From Megasphaera sp. (GTDB taxonomy: Bacteria; Bacillota; Negativicutes; Veillonellales; Megasphaeraceae), in contig JALCDF010000003.1 of assembly GCA_022641375.1 (NCBI GenBank), forward strand, positions 363-64,362: a stretch of DNA of 64,000 bases. The letters run 5' to 3'. The notes beneath the pieces were generated by a model, which was given only the letters and a program-made list of their open reading frames with translations, ran no database searches and was not told where the DNA came from. Of the stretch, positions 54,474 through 64,000 are shown piece by piece. Numbering within the stretch: position 1 is the stretch's first letter; each line of letters opens with the position of its first letter. The position numbers and the translations under genes are program-made.

Positions 54474-55181
54474 ATGAACCATGCAGTTATTGAATTAAAA
54501 GATATCAAAAAAATATACCATATCGGCGGCGAAGATTTCGCTGCCCTGGCTGGTATTACTCTGGAAATCAACGAAGGAGAATTCGTTGCCCTTATGGGGC
54601 CATCCGGTTCCGGCAAATCGACGCTCATGAACATCTTAGGTTGTCTTGACCGTCCCTCCTTTGGCTCTTATCAACTTGGCGGCAAAGAAGTCGCCTATCT
54701 GTCGGATGATGAATTGGCCATCACACGAAACCGTCGTATTGGCTTCGTCTTCCAAAATTTCAATCTCCTATCCCGCATTACCGCCCTGGATAATGTAGCT
54801 CTTCCACTGGTATATGCCGGCATCGGCCGTAAAGAGCGAAATGAACGAGCCATGGAAAAATTACGTTCCGTTGGTTTGGAAACCTGGGCCTATCACCAGC
54901 CAAATGAATTGTCCGGCGGCCAGCGCCAACGTGTAGCCATCGCCCGGGCATTAGTCAATAATCCTCATATCATCATGGCCGATGAACCTACAGGGAATCT
55001 GGATACAAAATCTACAAGAGATATTATGAAACTTTTTGAAGTCCTTCACGAAGAACGTAAAACGGTCATTTTGGTCACCCATGAACCGGAAATCGCGGCT
55101 TGTGCCAGCCGCCAGCTTCTCCTCTGCGATGGGAAGATTACTCGTGATGAAGGAAAAGGAGTGGTCATGGATGTTGTTTAA
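54474..55181 (+). CDS. ABC transporter ATP-binding protein (MacB/LolD type)
   Basis: [33 protein letters not shown]. Confidence 0.95.
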   Translation: MNHAVIELKDIKKIYHIGGEDFAALAGITLEINEGEFVALMGPSGSGKSTLMNILGCLDRPSFGSYQLGGKEVAYLSDDELAITRNRRIGFVFQNFNLLSRITALDNVALPLVYAGIGRKERNERAMEKLRSVGLETWAYHQPNELSGGQRQRVAIARALVNNPHIIMADEPTGNLDTKSTRDIMKLFEVLHEERKTVILVTHEPEIAACASRQLLLCDGKITRDEGKGVVMDVV

Positions 55182-56388
55182 TGAAAGTATAGCTATCGCT
55201 GTAACTGCCTTGTTGTCCAATAAAATGCGGTCTATCCTGACCATGTTGGGCATTATCATCGGTGTCGCCGCGGTCATCATCATGATTTCCATCGGTTTTG
55301 GCGTCCGTGCAAATGTTACCAGCTCCATTGCCAGTCTGGGCAGTAATATGCTCATCGTATCCCCGGGCTCCACCAATAATGGCGGCGTCCGTTCAGCCGC
55401 CGGTTCCAGTCAAAAACTGAAATATGACGACGCTGTCGCCATCAAAAATAAAATCAAAAACATCGACTATGTATCCCCAACCGTAAACAGTTCTTATCAA
55501 ATTGTCCACGGCAATGAAAACTGGAATTCCTCGGTTTACGGCGTCACCCCGGAATACCTGAAAATTCGTTCGCTTACTGTAGAAAGCGGCTCCTTCATTA
55601 CCGAAAGCGATCTCAATTCCCGTAATCGTGTCGCTATTATCGGTCCTACCGTTGCTACGAATCTCTTTGGCACGACGAATCCCGTAGGTAAAAATATCCG
55701 TGTCAATAACCAGCCGTTTAAAGTCATTGGCGTCCTGCAGGCAAAAGGCCAGTCCAGTATGGGTACGGACCAGGATGATATGGTTATCGTTCCCCTGACA
55801 ACGGCACAGGAACGGCTCATGGGCATTACCTATGTCCGTTCCATCAACATCCAGGTCTCCAGTGCTGATAAAATCGAATCCGTACAAAGCCAGGTAGAAA
55901 CACTGTTACGACAACGGCATCATATTGCCGAAGGCAAGGATAACGACTTTACGGTCCGCAATCTGACCAGCCTGATGGAAACCATGACCAGCACGACGAC
56001 CATGCTTACGATATTTTTAGGCAGTATCGCTGCTATTTCGCTTCTCGTAGGAGGTATCGGCATCATGAACATCATGATGGTATCCGTAACCGAACGAACA
56101 CGGGAAATCGGTATCCGCAAAGCATTGGGAGCAACCTTCCAAAATATCATGACCCAGTTCCTCATCGAATCCATTGTCATCGGCGTAATCGGTGGCCTTT
56201 TAGGGGTTACGATTGGTGTTGGCGGGTCCCTGCTCATTTCCAAATTCACTAGTTTCAATACCGTAATTACGTTAGCACCGATTCTCCTCTCTTTTGGTTT
56301 CTCTGTCGGTATCGGACTTTTCTTCGGTATTTATCCGGCTAAGAAAGCTGCCCGTCTCGATCCTATCGAAGCATTGCGCTACGAATAA
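55171..56388 (+). CDS. ABC transporter permease (MacB/FtsX type)
   Basis: [50 protein letters not shown]. Confidence 0.95.
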   Translation: MLFNESIAIAVTALLSNKMRSILTMLGIIIGVAAVIIMISIGFGVRANVTSSIASLGSNMLIVSPGSTNNGGVRSAAGSSQKLKYDDAVAIKNKIKNIDYVSPTVNSSYQIVHGNENWNSSVYGVTPEYLKIRSLTVESGSFITESDLNSRNRVAIIGPTVATNLFGTTNPVGKNIRVNNQPFKVIGVLQAKGQSSMGTDQDDMVIVPLTTAQERLMGITYVRSINIQVSSADKIESVQSQVETLLRQRHHIAEGKDNDFTVRNLTSLMETMTSTTTMLTIFLGSIAAISLLVGGIGIMNIMMVSVTERTREIGIRKALGATFQNIMTQFLIESIVIGVIGGLLGVTIGVGGSLLISKFTSFNTVITLAPILLSFGFSVGIGLFFGIYPAKKAARLDPIEALRYE

Positions 56389-56504
56389 TCTTATATGTGC
56401 ATCCTTGATCGTATATAAATAACCGCTCCAGGAATGAGGACCCATGCGGGCTCGTTCCCAGAGCGGTCTTTTTATATCTTACATACCGTTTTCCTGACTT
56501 ATAT

Positions 56505-57029
56505 TTATTCCCTGATCCATCGTCTGATATCATCTTCGGCATCCATAATCGTTGTGCCAAAAAGCATGATACCTTTTTCTACCTTAGCCTGCGGGCACAG
56601 TGCATGAATATCTTCCAGACTACGTCCCCAGCCGCTTCCTTCGTGCGTACAGAAAGGCTTGATCACTTTACCTGCAAAGTCATGTCCTTCCAGGAAGGTC
56701 CACATAGCCATCGGCATGGTGCCGCACCAATTAGGATATCCCAAAAAGATGACTTCATACTCACTCATATCTTCTATATCGTTTTGCAATACCGGACGAG
56801 CATCTTCTTCATTTTCTTTACGGGCGATTGCCACTACTTTATGATAATCGTCATTGGGATATACCGCAGCCGTACGAACATGGAACAATTCGCCACCTGT
56901 ATATTTGCGGATCATATCCGCAGCTCTTTCTGTATTACCTACAGGCAAATCAACGAGCTTACCACTGGCATAATTCATGCCGGCATGGGAAAAATATGCA
57001 ATGAGGCATTTCTTTTCTCTATAATTCAT
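56505..57029 (-). CDS. Flavodoxin (flavodoxin_4 type)
   Basis: IAYFS...GNTE, LGYPNWCGTMP, PFCTHEGSG. Confidence 0.88.
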   Translation of the reverse strand: MNYREKKCLIAYFSHAGMNYASGKLVDLPVGNTERAADMIRKYTGGELFHVRTAAVYPNDDYHKVVAIARKENEEDARPVLQNDIEDMSEYEVIFLGYPNWCGTMPMAMWTFLEGHDFAGKVIKPFCTHEGSGWGRSLEDIHALCPQAKVEKGIMLFGTTIMDAEDDIRRWIRE

Positions 57030-57272
57030 GTGCGTTTCACCCTCCACCACTACAAAATAACATCGTATACATTTATTATACGGCAAAATAAACGGAGTGG
57101 CTAGTAATTCTCATGCAGATTTGAAAACATCCAGGATATTCATCACTAATAAGAATAAATATGATTTTATTTTTATATGCTGTTAAACCAGTCCCCGTCT
57201 TTTCAACTATTCACTAATGTAGTAGAATAATAGTGTTAACATAATAAAGATGTTATTAAGGAGGGCAATTTT

Positions 57273-58514
57273 ATGGCTCATGTAAATGAAAACTATTTGA
57301 AACTCCCCGGCAATTATTTATTTGCCACGATTGCAAACAAAGTGGATGCCTATGCAAAAGCGCATCCTAATGCCAATATTATCCGTCTGGGCATCGGCGA
57401 TGTCACCCGTCCCCTGGCTCCGGCTATCATTGAAGCTATGCACAAAGCTGTCGATGAAATGGGAAGTGCTGATACCTTCCGTGGTTACGGCCCGGAACAA
57501 GGCTATGATTTTCTCCGCAACGCCATCATCAAAGGAGATTATGAACCCCGCGGTATCCATCTCGATACCGATGAAATCTTTATCGGCGATGGTGCTAAAA
57601 CGGATGTCGCTTATATTCAGCAAATATTTGGCAGCGATTTAAAATTTGCTGTCGCTGACCCGGTATACCCGGTATACCTTGACTCTAATGTCATGATGGG
57701 ACACACCGGCAACTGGAATGCCGGCAAAGGCATATACGATGACGTCGTATACCTTCCCTGTACTCCGGAAAATGGTTTCAAAGCTGAACCACCGACAGAA
57801 AAAGTGGATATCGTATATCTTTGCAACCCCAGCAATCCTACCGGTACGGCCATGACTGCTGCCGAACTCACAAACTGGGTCAACACCGCAAAGAAAAATA
57901 ACTTCGTCATCATTTATGATTCGGCGTATGAAACCTATATTACCGAACCGGATGTCCCCCACAGCATTTTTGAAATCGAAGGTGCCAAGGACGTTGCCAT
58001 CGAACTGCGCTCTTATTCAAAATGCGCTGGATTTACAGGCACCCGCTGCTCCTATGTCGTCGTACCTAAAGCAGTGAATGCCTATACGAATGACGGGCAA
58101 ACCATTGCCCTGAATCCGTTATGGAACCGTCGGCAGTGCACGTTCTTCAACGGCACCCCTTACATCGTACAGCGTGCTGCCGAAGCATATTATACACCGG
58201 CAGGACAGAAACAGTGCCTGGCTGATGTTAAGTACTACATGGAAAATGCACACATCATCCGTGACGGCCTGACCAAAGCCGGCTACACTGTCTATGGCGC
58301 TACTAATTCTCCATATGCCTGGGTCCAGACTCCGAACGGCATGAAAAGCTGGGATTTCTTTGACCTTGTCCTCGATAAAGCCCAAGTCGTCACCACACCG
58401 GGTACCGGCTTTGGCCCTCACGGCGAAGGTTACATGCGCTTAACCGCTTTCAGTACCAGAGAAAATACTCTCGAAGCCGTACAGCGCATTGCCAATTTAA
58501 ATTTGATTAAATAA
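57273..58514 (+). CDS. dapL: LL-diaminopimelate aminotransferase
   Basis: YLFA, LGIGDVT, GYGPEQGY, PSNPTG, YDSAY, SYSKCAGFTGTR. Confidence 0.95.
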   Translation: MAHVNENYLKLPGNYLFATIANKVDAYAKAHPNANIIRLGIGDVTRPLAPAIIEAMHKAVDEMGSADTFRGYGPEQGYDFLRNAIIKGDYEPRGIHLDTDEIFIGDGAKTDVAYIQQIFGSDLKFAVADPVYPVYLDSNVMMGHTGNWNAGKGIYDDVVYLPCTPENGFKAEPPTEKVDIVYLCNPSNPTGTAMTAAELTNWVNTAKKNNFVIIYDSAYETYITEPDVPHSIFEIEGAKDVAIELRSYSKCAGFTGTRCSYVVVPKAVNAYTNDGQTIALNPLWNRRQCTFFNGTPYIVQRAAEAYYTPAGQKQCLADVKYYMENAHIIRDGLTKAGYTVYGATNSPYAWVQTPNGMKSWDFFDLVLDKAQVVTTPGTGFGPHGEGYMRLTAFSTRENTLEAVQRIANLNLIK

Positions 58515-58529
58515 AAGGTGGTCTAACCA

Positions 58530-59636
58530 TTGAGTACCAATTTGGAAATCGGCATTGTCGGTCTGCCGAATGTCGGTAAAAGCACATTGTTTAATGCTAT
58601 TACCAAGGCCGGCGCAGAAGCTGCCAACTATCCCTTCTGCACAATTGAACCCAACGTCGGTGTAGTAGAAGTCCCGGATGCCCGCATCCAGGTCCTCACC
58701 GATATGTACAAACCAAAACGCACGATTCCCGCTGTCACCCGCTTTGTCGATATTGCCGGACTCGTTGCCGGAGCTTCAAAAGGTGAAGGATTAGGAAATA
58801 AATTTTTAAGCCATATCCGTGAAACAGATGCCATTGCTGAAGTTGTCCGCTGTTTTGAAGATTCTAATGTAACTCACGTAGACGGCTCTATCGACCCGGT
58901 CCGGGACATTGAAACCATCAATACCGAACTCTGCCTGGCCGATCTGGAAACAACCCAAAAAAGAGCCGACCGGATTGCTAAAGTCGCTCAATGCGGCGAT
59001 AAAGCAGCCCGTATCGAATATGACGTCTTAAAAAAAGTACTGGCTTCCCTGGAAAATGGTGATCCGGTCCGCAAAGCGGAATTGACAAAAGACGAACTTC
59101 CCCAGATAAAGGATTTGAATCTCCTTACATTGAAGCCTATCATTTATATCGCTAATGTTGCGGAAGATGAAGCTTCTGACCCCGATTCCAATCCCCATGT
59201 CAAAGAATTGGAATCCTATGCCAAAACCGAAGGCGCTCAGGTTGTTGCCGTTTCTGCCAAAATCGAAGCAGAAATTGCCGAACTCCCCGATGATGAAGCA
59301 AAAGACTTTCTGGAAGAATTAGGACTTCCGGAAGCCGGCCTGGACAAATTAATCAAAGCCAGCTATGCCCTTCTTGGTCTGATCAATTTCTTTACTGCCG
59401 GCCCGGATGAAGTACGTGCCTGGACAATCGTCAACGGAACCAAAGCACAAAAAGCCGCTGGCAAAATCCACACCGATATTGAACGGGGATTTATTCGTGC
59501 TGAAATCGTTTCCTATAATGATCTGATTGATTGTGGCAGCGAACAAGCCGCAAAAGAAAAAGGACTCATCCGCCTCGAAGGCAAAGATTATATCATGCAA
59601 GATGGTGATGTCACCTATTTCCGTTTCAACGTGTAG
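58530..59636 (+). CDS. ychF: Redox-regulated ATPase YchF
   Basis: [38 protein letters not shown] domain. Confidence 0.98.
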   Translation: MSTNLEIGIVGLPNVGKSTLFNAITKAGAEAANYPFCTIEPNVGVVEVPDARIQVLTDMYKPKRTIPAVTRFVDIAGLVAGASKGEGLGNKFLSHIRETDAIAEVVRCFEDSNVTHVDGSIDPVRDIETINTELCLADLETTQKRADRIAKVAQCGDKAARIEYDVLKKVLASLENGDPVRKAELTKDELPQIKDLNLLTLKPIIYIANVAEDEASDPDSNPHVKELESYAKTEGAQVVAVSAKIEAEIAELPDDEAKDFLEELGLPEAGLDKLIKASYALLGLINFFTAGPDEVRAWTIVNGTKAQKAAGKIHTDIERGFIRAEIVSYNDLIDCGSEQAAKEKGLIRLEGKDYIMQDGDVTYFRFNV

Positions 59637-59674
59637 TCATGCCATCGCAGCAAATTTAAAAACTTCAGTTTAAC

Positions 59675-59710
59675 AAAAAAAGAATCAGATTAAAATCTGA
59701 TTCTTTTTTT
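59675..59710. terminator. Bidirectional terminator
   Basis: AAAAAAAGAATCAGAT/ATCTGATTCTTTTTTT. Confidence 0.85.
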
Positions 59711-59711
59711 G

Positions 59712-60248
59712 TTAAATAAACAGGGTCATATTGCCTTTTTCCGATGCGGCTAAGAAGGTCCCTACACCAGCTACTTCTATATCATCCAACAATTCTTCTC
59801 TGCGGATACCCATAGCATCCATGGACATCTGGCAAGCCAGGATCCGTACCCCCTGTTTACGGGCCTGTCCGATGAGCTCTTCCAATGAATTGATATTCTT
59901 ATCTGCCATGACTTTTCTCATCAGTTTGGTCCCCATACCCATCATATTCATCTGGGACAATTTCAATCTTTTACTCCCTCTGGGCATCATCCATCCAAAC
60001 ATTTTTTCCAACACTTTTTTATGGACAGACACCGGCTGGGATTTACGAATCGCATTTAATCCCCAGAAGGTAAAGAACATCGTTACATGTTTTCCCATGG
60101 CCAATGCCCCATTGGCTATGACAAAGGCCGCCATGACCTTATCAAAATCGCCACTGAAAACGATAATCGTCTTGTCGTCATTTTTAGGCAATACATCTGA
60201 CTGTTGTCGCAACTGTATTGCCTGACCTACTCCCCCTTGCGTACCCAT
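59712..60248 (-). CDS. DsrE/DsrF/DrsH-like (DsrE2) sulfur-carrier domain; probably the frameshifted C-terminus of the upstream CoADR
   Basis: FSGDFDK, MFFTFWGL, ACQMSMD motifs; overlaps the CoADR end in the -1 frame; start uncertain. Confidence 0.8.
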   Translation of the reverse strand: MGTQGGVGQAIQLRQQSDVLPKNDDKTIIVFSGDFDKVMAAFVIANGALAMGKHVTMFFTFWGLNAIRKSQPVSVHKKVLEKMFGWMMPRGSKRLKLSQMNMMGMGTKLMRKVMADKNINSLEELIGQARKQGVRILACQMSMDAMGIRREELLDDIEVAGVGTFLAASEKGNMTLFI

Positions 60249-62167
60249 ACACTGACCTTGCCCTTGCTCTTTTCCCGATGTACCACAGTATTCCCGGTCG
60301 TCTGGCACCAGGCTTCACTGTCCTGCCAAAATCCCGGATCAGAAGCGGTAAATTTACCGATTTCACTACTCTTCATCGTATCCATCGCTTCTTTTAACTT
60401 CATGAGCGGTCCCGGGCAGGCAATGCCGGTTATATCGAATTCCTTATCAAACGCTACCGTCTGGGAGGACACCACCGCTGCCTGACTTTGCAGCTGCCGT
60501 TCCGGCGGCTGCGCTGTCGGACTGGCCGTAAAATCCTGATCGTTTATATTCATGATACCACCTTGAAGACTTTTTACATGAAATCCCTTCTGTCGCAGTA
60601 TCCGTTCAGCATAATAACTGTTTTGCCCTACTTTGCAAAGCGTAATATAAAATTGGGCTGGATCCAATTCAGAAAGGCGTGAACGCAATTGAGCCAGGGG
60701 AATATGAATGTACTTCTCCACCATCACCGGTACATACCCCTCAGGCGGACGGACATCAATCACTACCGCCCCCTGGTCAACAGCAGCCTTCATGTCATCA
60801 TAGGTTACATTTTCCATCAGTCCATCCAAAACATTTTCCGCAGCGAAACCAGCCATGTTGACTGCATCTTTAGCCGAGCCAAAAGGTGGGGCATAGGCTG
60901 ATTCCAATTCAGCCAATTCGTGTACATCCCCGCCATGACGCAGCACGGCAGCGATTACATCAATGCGTTTATCGACCCCATCTGTTCCATATATCTGAGC
61001 CCCGAGCACCGTTCCGCTCAGATTGAAAATTAATTTGATAGCCATTTTAACAGAACCCGGATAATATCCGACATGGTTATCCGCATAGATGCGTACAGTC
61101 TTGTATTCCTGTCCCCGCGCTGCCAATGCCCGTTCATTCTCTCCCGTAGCACCAAACGCCAAATCAAACACTTTAAGGATAAATGTTCCCTGGGCGCCCG
61201 GATAATGGGTTTCATGGCCTGTAAGATTATTGGCAGCAATGCGTCCCTGGTGACTAGCCGGTCCCGCCAATGCCAGACTCATCGGCACATCCGTATGGAC
61301 CCGGAACGTCTGCACCGCATCACCGACAGCATATATATTGGGAATATTAGTTTGCATCATATCATTGACAACGATATAGCCCCGCTGATTTAATTCGATA
61401 CCGCTGCCTTGCAAAAATTGCGTTTCCGGGCGTATACCAATAGAGGCCACCACGAAGTCGGCCTCTATGTTTCGTCCGCTCTGCGTTGTAACGACAATTT
61501 TATCACCTTGTTCCGTAAACGTACTGACTCCATCTTTCAAGATTAATCCAATACCATGATCATTCATTTCACGTTCGGCCCGCAATACCATATCCGTATC
61601 AAAAGGTGCCAAAATATGCGGTGCCGCTTCAATAATCGTCGTCTCCAAGCCACGTTGCCGTAGGTTTTCAGCCATTTCTACACCTATGAATCCGCCACCG
61701 ATTACCACGGCCTGGCCAGTACCGGCCAATGAATCCGCCAATGAACGAATCGCATCAATGTCCGGAATCGTACGGACCATATGAACGCTAGGATTATCGA
61801 TTCCCGGGATAGATGGCTTCAGAGGTACTGCTCCCGGAGACAGGATCAGTCCATCATATCGTTCCGTATACATTTTACCGGCGTGCAGAATAGTCACATT
61901 CTGCTGTTCCGTATCTACGGATACAACGGTGCTTTCCGTTCGAATATCGATATTAAAACGTCCCTGTACCGATTCTGCCGTCTGTACGATTAACCGCGAG
62001 CGGTCTGTAATGACATTGCCAACATAATATGGTAAGCCGCAATTCGCAAAGGAAATATACGGCCCCCGTTCCACTAAAATAATTTTTGCTTCTTCATCTA
62101 ACCGGCGCAGCCGTGCCGCCGCTGATGCACCTCCGGCTACACCACCGACAATAATATATGTTTTCAT
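60227..62167 (-). CDS. CoA-disulfide reductase with rhodanese and TusA/SirA domains
   Basis: GGVAGG, SFANCGLPY redox Cys, GGGFIG, YAPPF; rhodanese DVR...CKVG; TusA-like GIACPGP. Confidence 0.9.
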   Translation of the reverse strand: MKTYIIVGGVAGGASAAARLRRLDEEAKIILVERGPYISFANCGLPYYVGNVITDRSRLIVQTAESVQGRFNIDIRTESTVVSVDTEQQNVTILHAGKMYTERYDGLILSPGAVPLKPSIPGIDNPSVHMVRTIPDIDAIRSLADSLAGTGQAVVIGGGFIGVEMAENLRQRGLETTIIEAAPHILAPFDTDMVLRAEREMNDHGIGLILKDGVSTFTEQGDKIVVTTQSGRNIEADFVVASIGIRPETQFLQGSGIELNQRGYIVVNDMMQTNIPNIYAVGDAVQTFRVHTDVPMSLALAGPASHQGRIAANNLTGHETHYPGAQGTFILKVFDLAFGATGENERALAARGQEYKTVRIYADNHVGYYPGSVKMAIKLIFNLSGTVLGAQIYGTDGVDKRIDVIAAVLRHGGDVHELAELESAYAPPFGSAKDAVNMAGFAAENVLDGLMENVTYDDMKAAVDQGAVVIDVRPPEGYVPVMVEKYIHIPLAQLRSRLSELDPAQFYITLCKVGQNSYYAERILRQKGFHVKSLQGGIMNINDQDFTASPTAQPPERQLQSQAAVVSSQTVAFDKEFDITGIACPGPLMKLKEAMDTMKSSEIGKFTASDPGFWQDSEAWCQTTGNTVVHREKSKGKVSVWVRKGE

Positions 62168-62472
62168 TCGGATTCATCCCCTTTCGATTCTTCTGGAAAT
62201 AATATAGCTAATATTTGTTTTATCGTACCATTGCACAGACTGTATGTAATTTCTACGCCATGCCTTTCTGCCTTCACAATGCCTGCCATGCGAAGTTTCT
62301 GTAAATGTTGAGAAATCGTAGACTGCGGTTCTTGTAAGCACGACTGCATATGAGATACATTACATTCCCCATGATGCCATAGCCCGCGGACAATACACAG
62401 CCGTACGGGATGCGAAATTACCTTTAATAAATCTGCGGTTTCTTGTAACTGCAATAGGTCATTATGGTTTAT
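62164..62472 (-). CDS. ArsR/SmtB family transcriptional regulator
   Basis: HPVRLCIV, QSTISQHLQKLR...GIV...ERHG; stop overlaps the CoADR start; start codon uncertain (ATA at 62472 or TTG at 62508). Confidence 0.88.
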   Translation of the reverse strand: MNHNDLLQLQETADLLKVISHPVRLCIVRGLWHHGECNVSHMQSCLQEPQSTISQHLQKLRMAGIVKAERHGVEITYSLCNGTIKQILAILFPEESKGDESE

Positions 62473-62517
62473 ATATATTTTCCTTTCTCCATCTGTATTA
62501 TATATCAATATATTTAT

Positions 62518-62546
62518 ATATTACGATATATAAATATAAATGTCAA
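62518..62546 (-). promoter_or_regulatory. Promoter of arsR-cdr operon, overlapped by an AT-rich imperfect inverted repeat
   Basis: TTGACA-17 nt-TAATAT; ATATCAATATAT..ATATATTACGATAT dyad at 62502-62529. Confidence 0.6.
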
Positions 62547-62620
62547 TGCTAAAAAAGACATCCGGATAACTTTTCCCGATGTCTTTTGAGGTTCTCACTT
62601 GCAAATGCAGTTTTAAGGCT

Positions 62621-63253
62621 TTATTTTAAATTCATAACCTTTTCATACGCTTCTGCCAATTGATTGAAATTATGGATGGAAACTGCTTTCCACGTGCCAT
62701 CTTCCTTTTGCACCATATCTATCTTAAGGACAAAATCCTTCTGCAATTTCTGCTCTACTAATTTGACCGTTACGACAGCTTTCTTGCCCGTTTTCTCCGT
62801 TTTACTGACGCCATAATAATTAACTGCATTCGTATGGATTTCCGGAATAGTGATGCCTGCTTTTTTCCATATGGAATTCTGCTTAAACAACATATCCTTA
62901 TCTTCATCACGGCCATTTTCCACATAGTCTTTCGTCTGTTTCGTCAATGCATTGACAACGTCTTCCTTCAACGGATTTCGCACGGCCTGGACAGCATCGC
63001 TGCTTTCTTCGCCAAGTTCTTCAATATCATATTGGGTCAAATCATCAAATGCTTTTCCATATACATCTCTTATATCGATATGTTTTTCTACCTTATTCCA
63101 ATCATGGCTTTTTATGCCTTCCCGAATAAGATTTAAAGAATATCCCGGTGTCTTGATCCAATACAAGAAATACCAGGAAATAAAACAAAGGACAAGAATG
63201 CCCATCATCGATACTGTAAAAATAATTTTTTGTCTTCGATTCAACGATATCAT
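62621..63253 (-). CDS. Membrane-anchored hypothetical protein (DUF2939-like)
   Basis: N-terminal TM followed by TPGYSL...D...VEKHID pattern. Confidence 0.55.
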   Translation of the reverse strand: MISLNRRQKIIFTVSMMGILVLCFISWYFLYWIKTPGYSLNLIREGIKSHDWNKVEKHIDIRDVYGKAFDDLTQYDIEELGEESSDAVQAVRNPLKEDVVNALTKQTKDYVENGRDEDKDMLFKQNSIWKKAGITIPEIHTNAVNYYGVSKTEKTGKKAVVTVKLVEQKLQKDFVLKIDMVQKEDGTWKAVSIHNFNQLAEAYEKVMNLK

Positions 63254-63397
63254 CCCAAAACACTCCTTACTACATTATATTAGGTTCAAAATATAATATA
63301 TACTCTTTTTTGAATTAGTTCAATAAAATTATCGCCAAAATCAAAAATTATTTTTACTGACGATTTTAACTATAGGAATCCTAATCGCATATAGTTA

Positions 63398-64000
63398 TTA
63401 TTCATCTGATATCGTCGCTGCTTTTCGTCTCCACCAGGAAGCCCGTATCGGATTCCAAGGTACTCCCAAAGCCTTTTCATAGCATTCAGCAATATTTCTC
63501 ATTCCGTCTGCATACTCATTTTGTGCCGATTTCAAGAACCAGGCCGCTGCTTTTTCTGCATTTTTTTCAACACCATGCCCATCACGATACAGCTGTCCCA
63601 GGTTATTTTGAGCCGGACCATCACCATTAAGGGCCGCCTTTGTATACCAATAAAAAGCCTTTTCATAATTTTGGACTAATCCCAATCCTGTCTCATAGAG
63701 ATATCCCAAATTATTCTGAGCTGTCTTGTTTCCTTTTTTAGCCGCCATCGTATACCAAAACGCGGCTTTAGATTCATCCTTCTCACCGGCATACCCGAAC
63801 TGATACATGATCGCCATATTGCACTGCCCATGACAGTTACCATGATGAGCGGCGCGTTTATACCAATATAATGCTTGTTTGTAATCCTGAGCGACTTTTA
63901 TCCCCATCTCATACAAATGTCCCAGGTTATTTTCTGCAAGGTCATACGATTGTTTGGCCGCCTTTCTATACCAAAACAATGCTTTAGCGATATCTTCTTT
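63398..64000 (-). CDS. Sel1-like repeat protein (5' end outside window)
   Basis: Repeated AQNNLG.LY..G.GV....KA..WY.KAA..G units; frame open to the window edge. Confidence 0.92.
   Translation of the reverse strand, partial: KEDIAKALFWYRKAAKQSYDLAENNLGHLYEMGIKVAQDYKQALYWYKRAAHHGNCHGQCNMAIMYQFGYAGEKDESKAAFWYTMAAKKGNKTAQNNLGYLYETGLGLVQNYEKAFYWYTKAALNGDGPAQNNLGQLYRDGHGVEKNAEKAAAWFLKSAQNEYADGMRNIAECYEKALGVPWNPIRASWWRRKAATISDE

Noticed and set aside
57087-57272. Possible lysine riboswitch upstream of dapL
   Set aside because: No AGAGGNGC/loop-E/kink-turn pattern; region is short, AT-rich and holds divergent promoters

Overview
Chromosomal segment of an anaerobic Firmicute. Gene content and style suggest Negativicutes (Veillonellaceae, Megasphaera-like); this is inference. 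It is mostly housekeeping: coaX-birA-ftsH-hpt-tilS, ribBA with an FMN riboswitch, rnfCDGEAB-apbE, pyrG, argS, tRNA-Ser(GCT), a glycine riboswitch with an Ala/Gly symporter, psd/pssA, guaB, recG, rpmB, ppsA-ccpN-PSRP, PBP1A, a MacAB-like exporter, dapL, ychF and an ArsR/CoA-disulfide reductase/DsrE sulfur locus. I saw no CRISPR array, integrase or transposase. The standout is a compact three-gene operon (36699-43662, minus strand). It encodes a ~1617-aa protein (HD phosphohydrolase, HEAT-like repeats, NadD-like nucleotidyltransferase, GNAT-like region, type I PRTase), an LDH/MDH-fold protein with altered catalytic motifs, and a duplicated flavodoxin-fold protein with a 4-Cys motif. It is a candidate uncharacterised nucleotide-cofactor or signalling system. 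Other items of note: a structured ~280-nt rnf leader, an uncalled 52-aa ORF ahead of the radical SAM/DUF4130 pair, a G5 frameshift splitting CoADR from DsrE, and an apparent ATA start codon.
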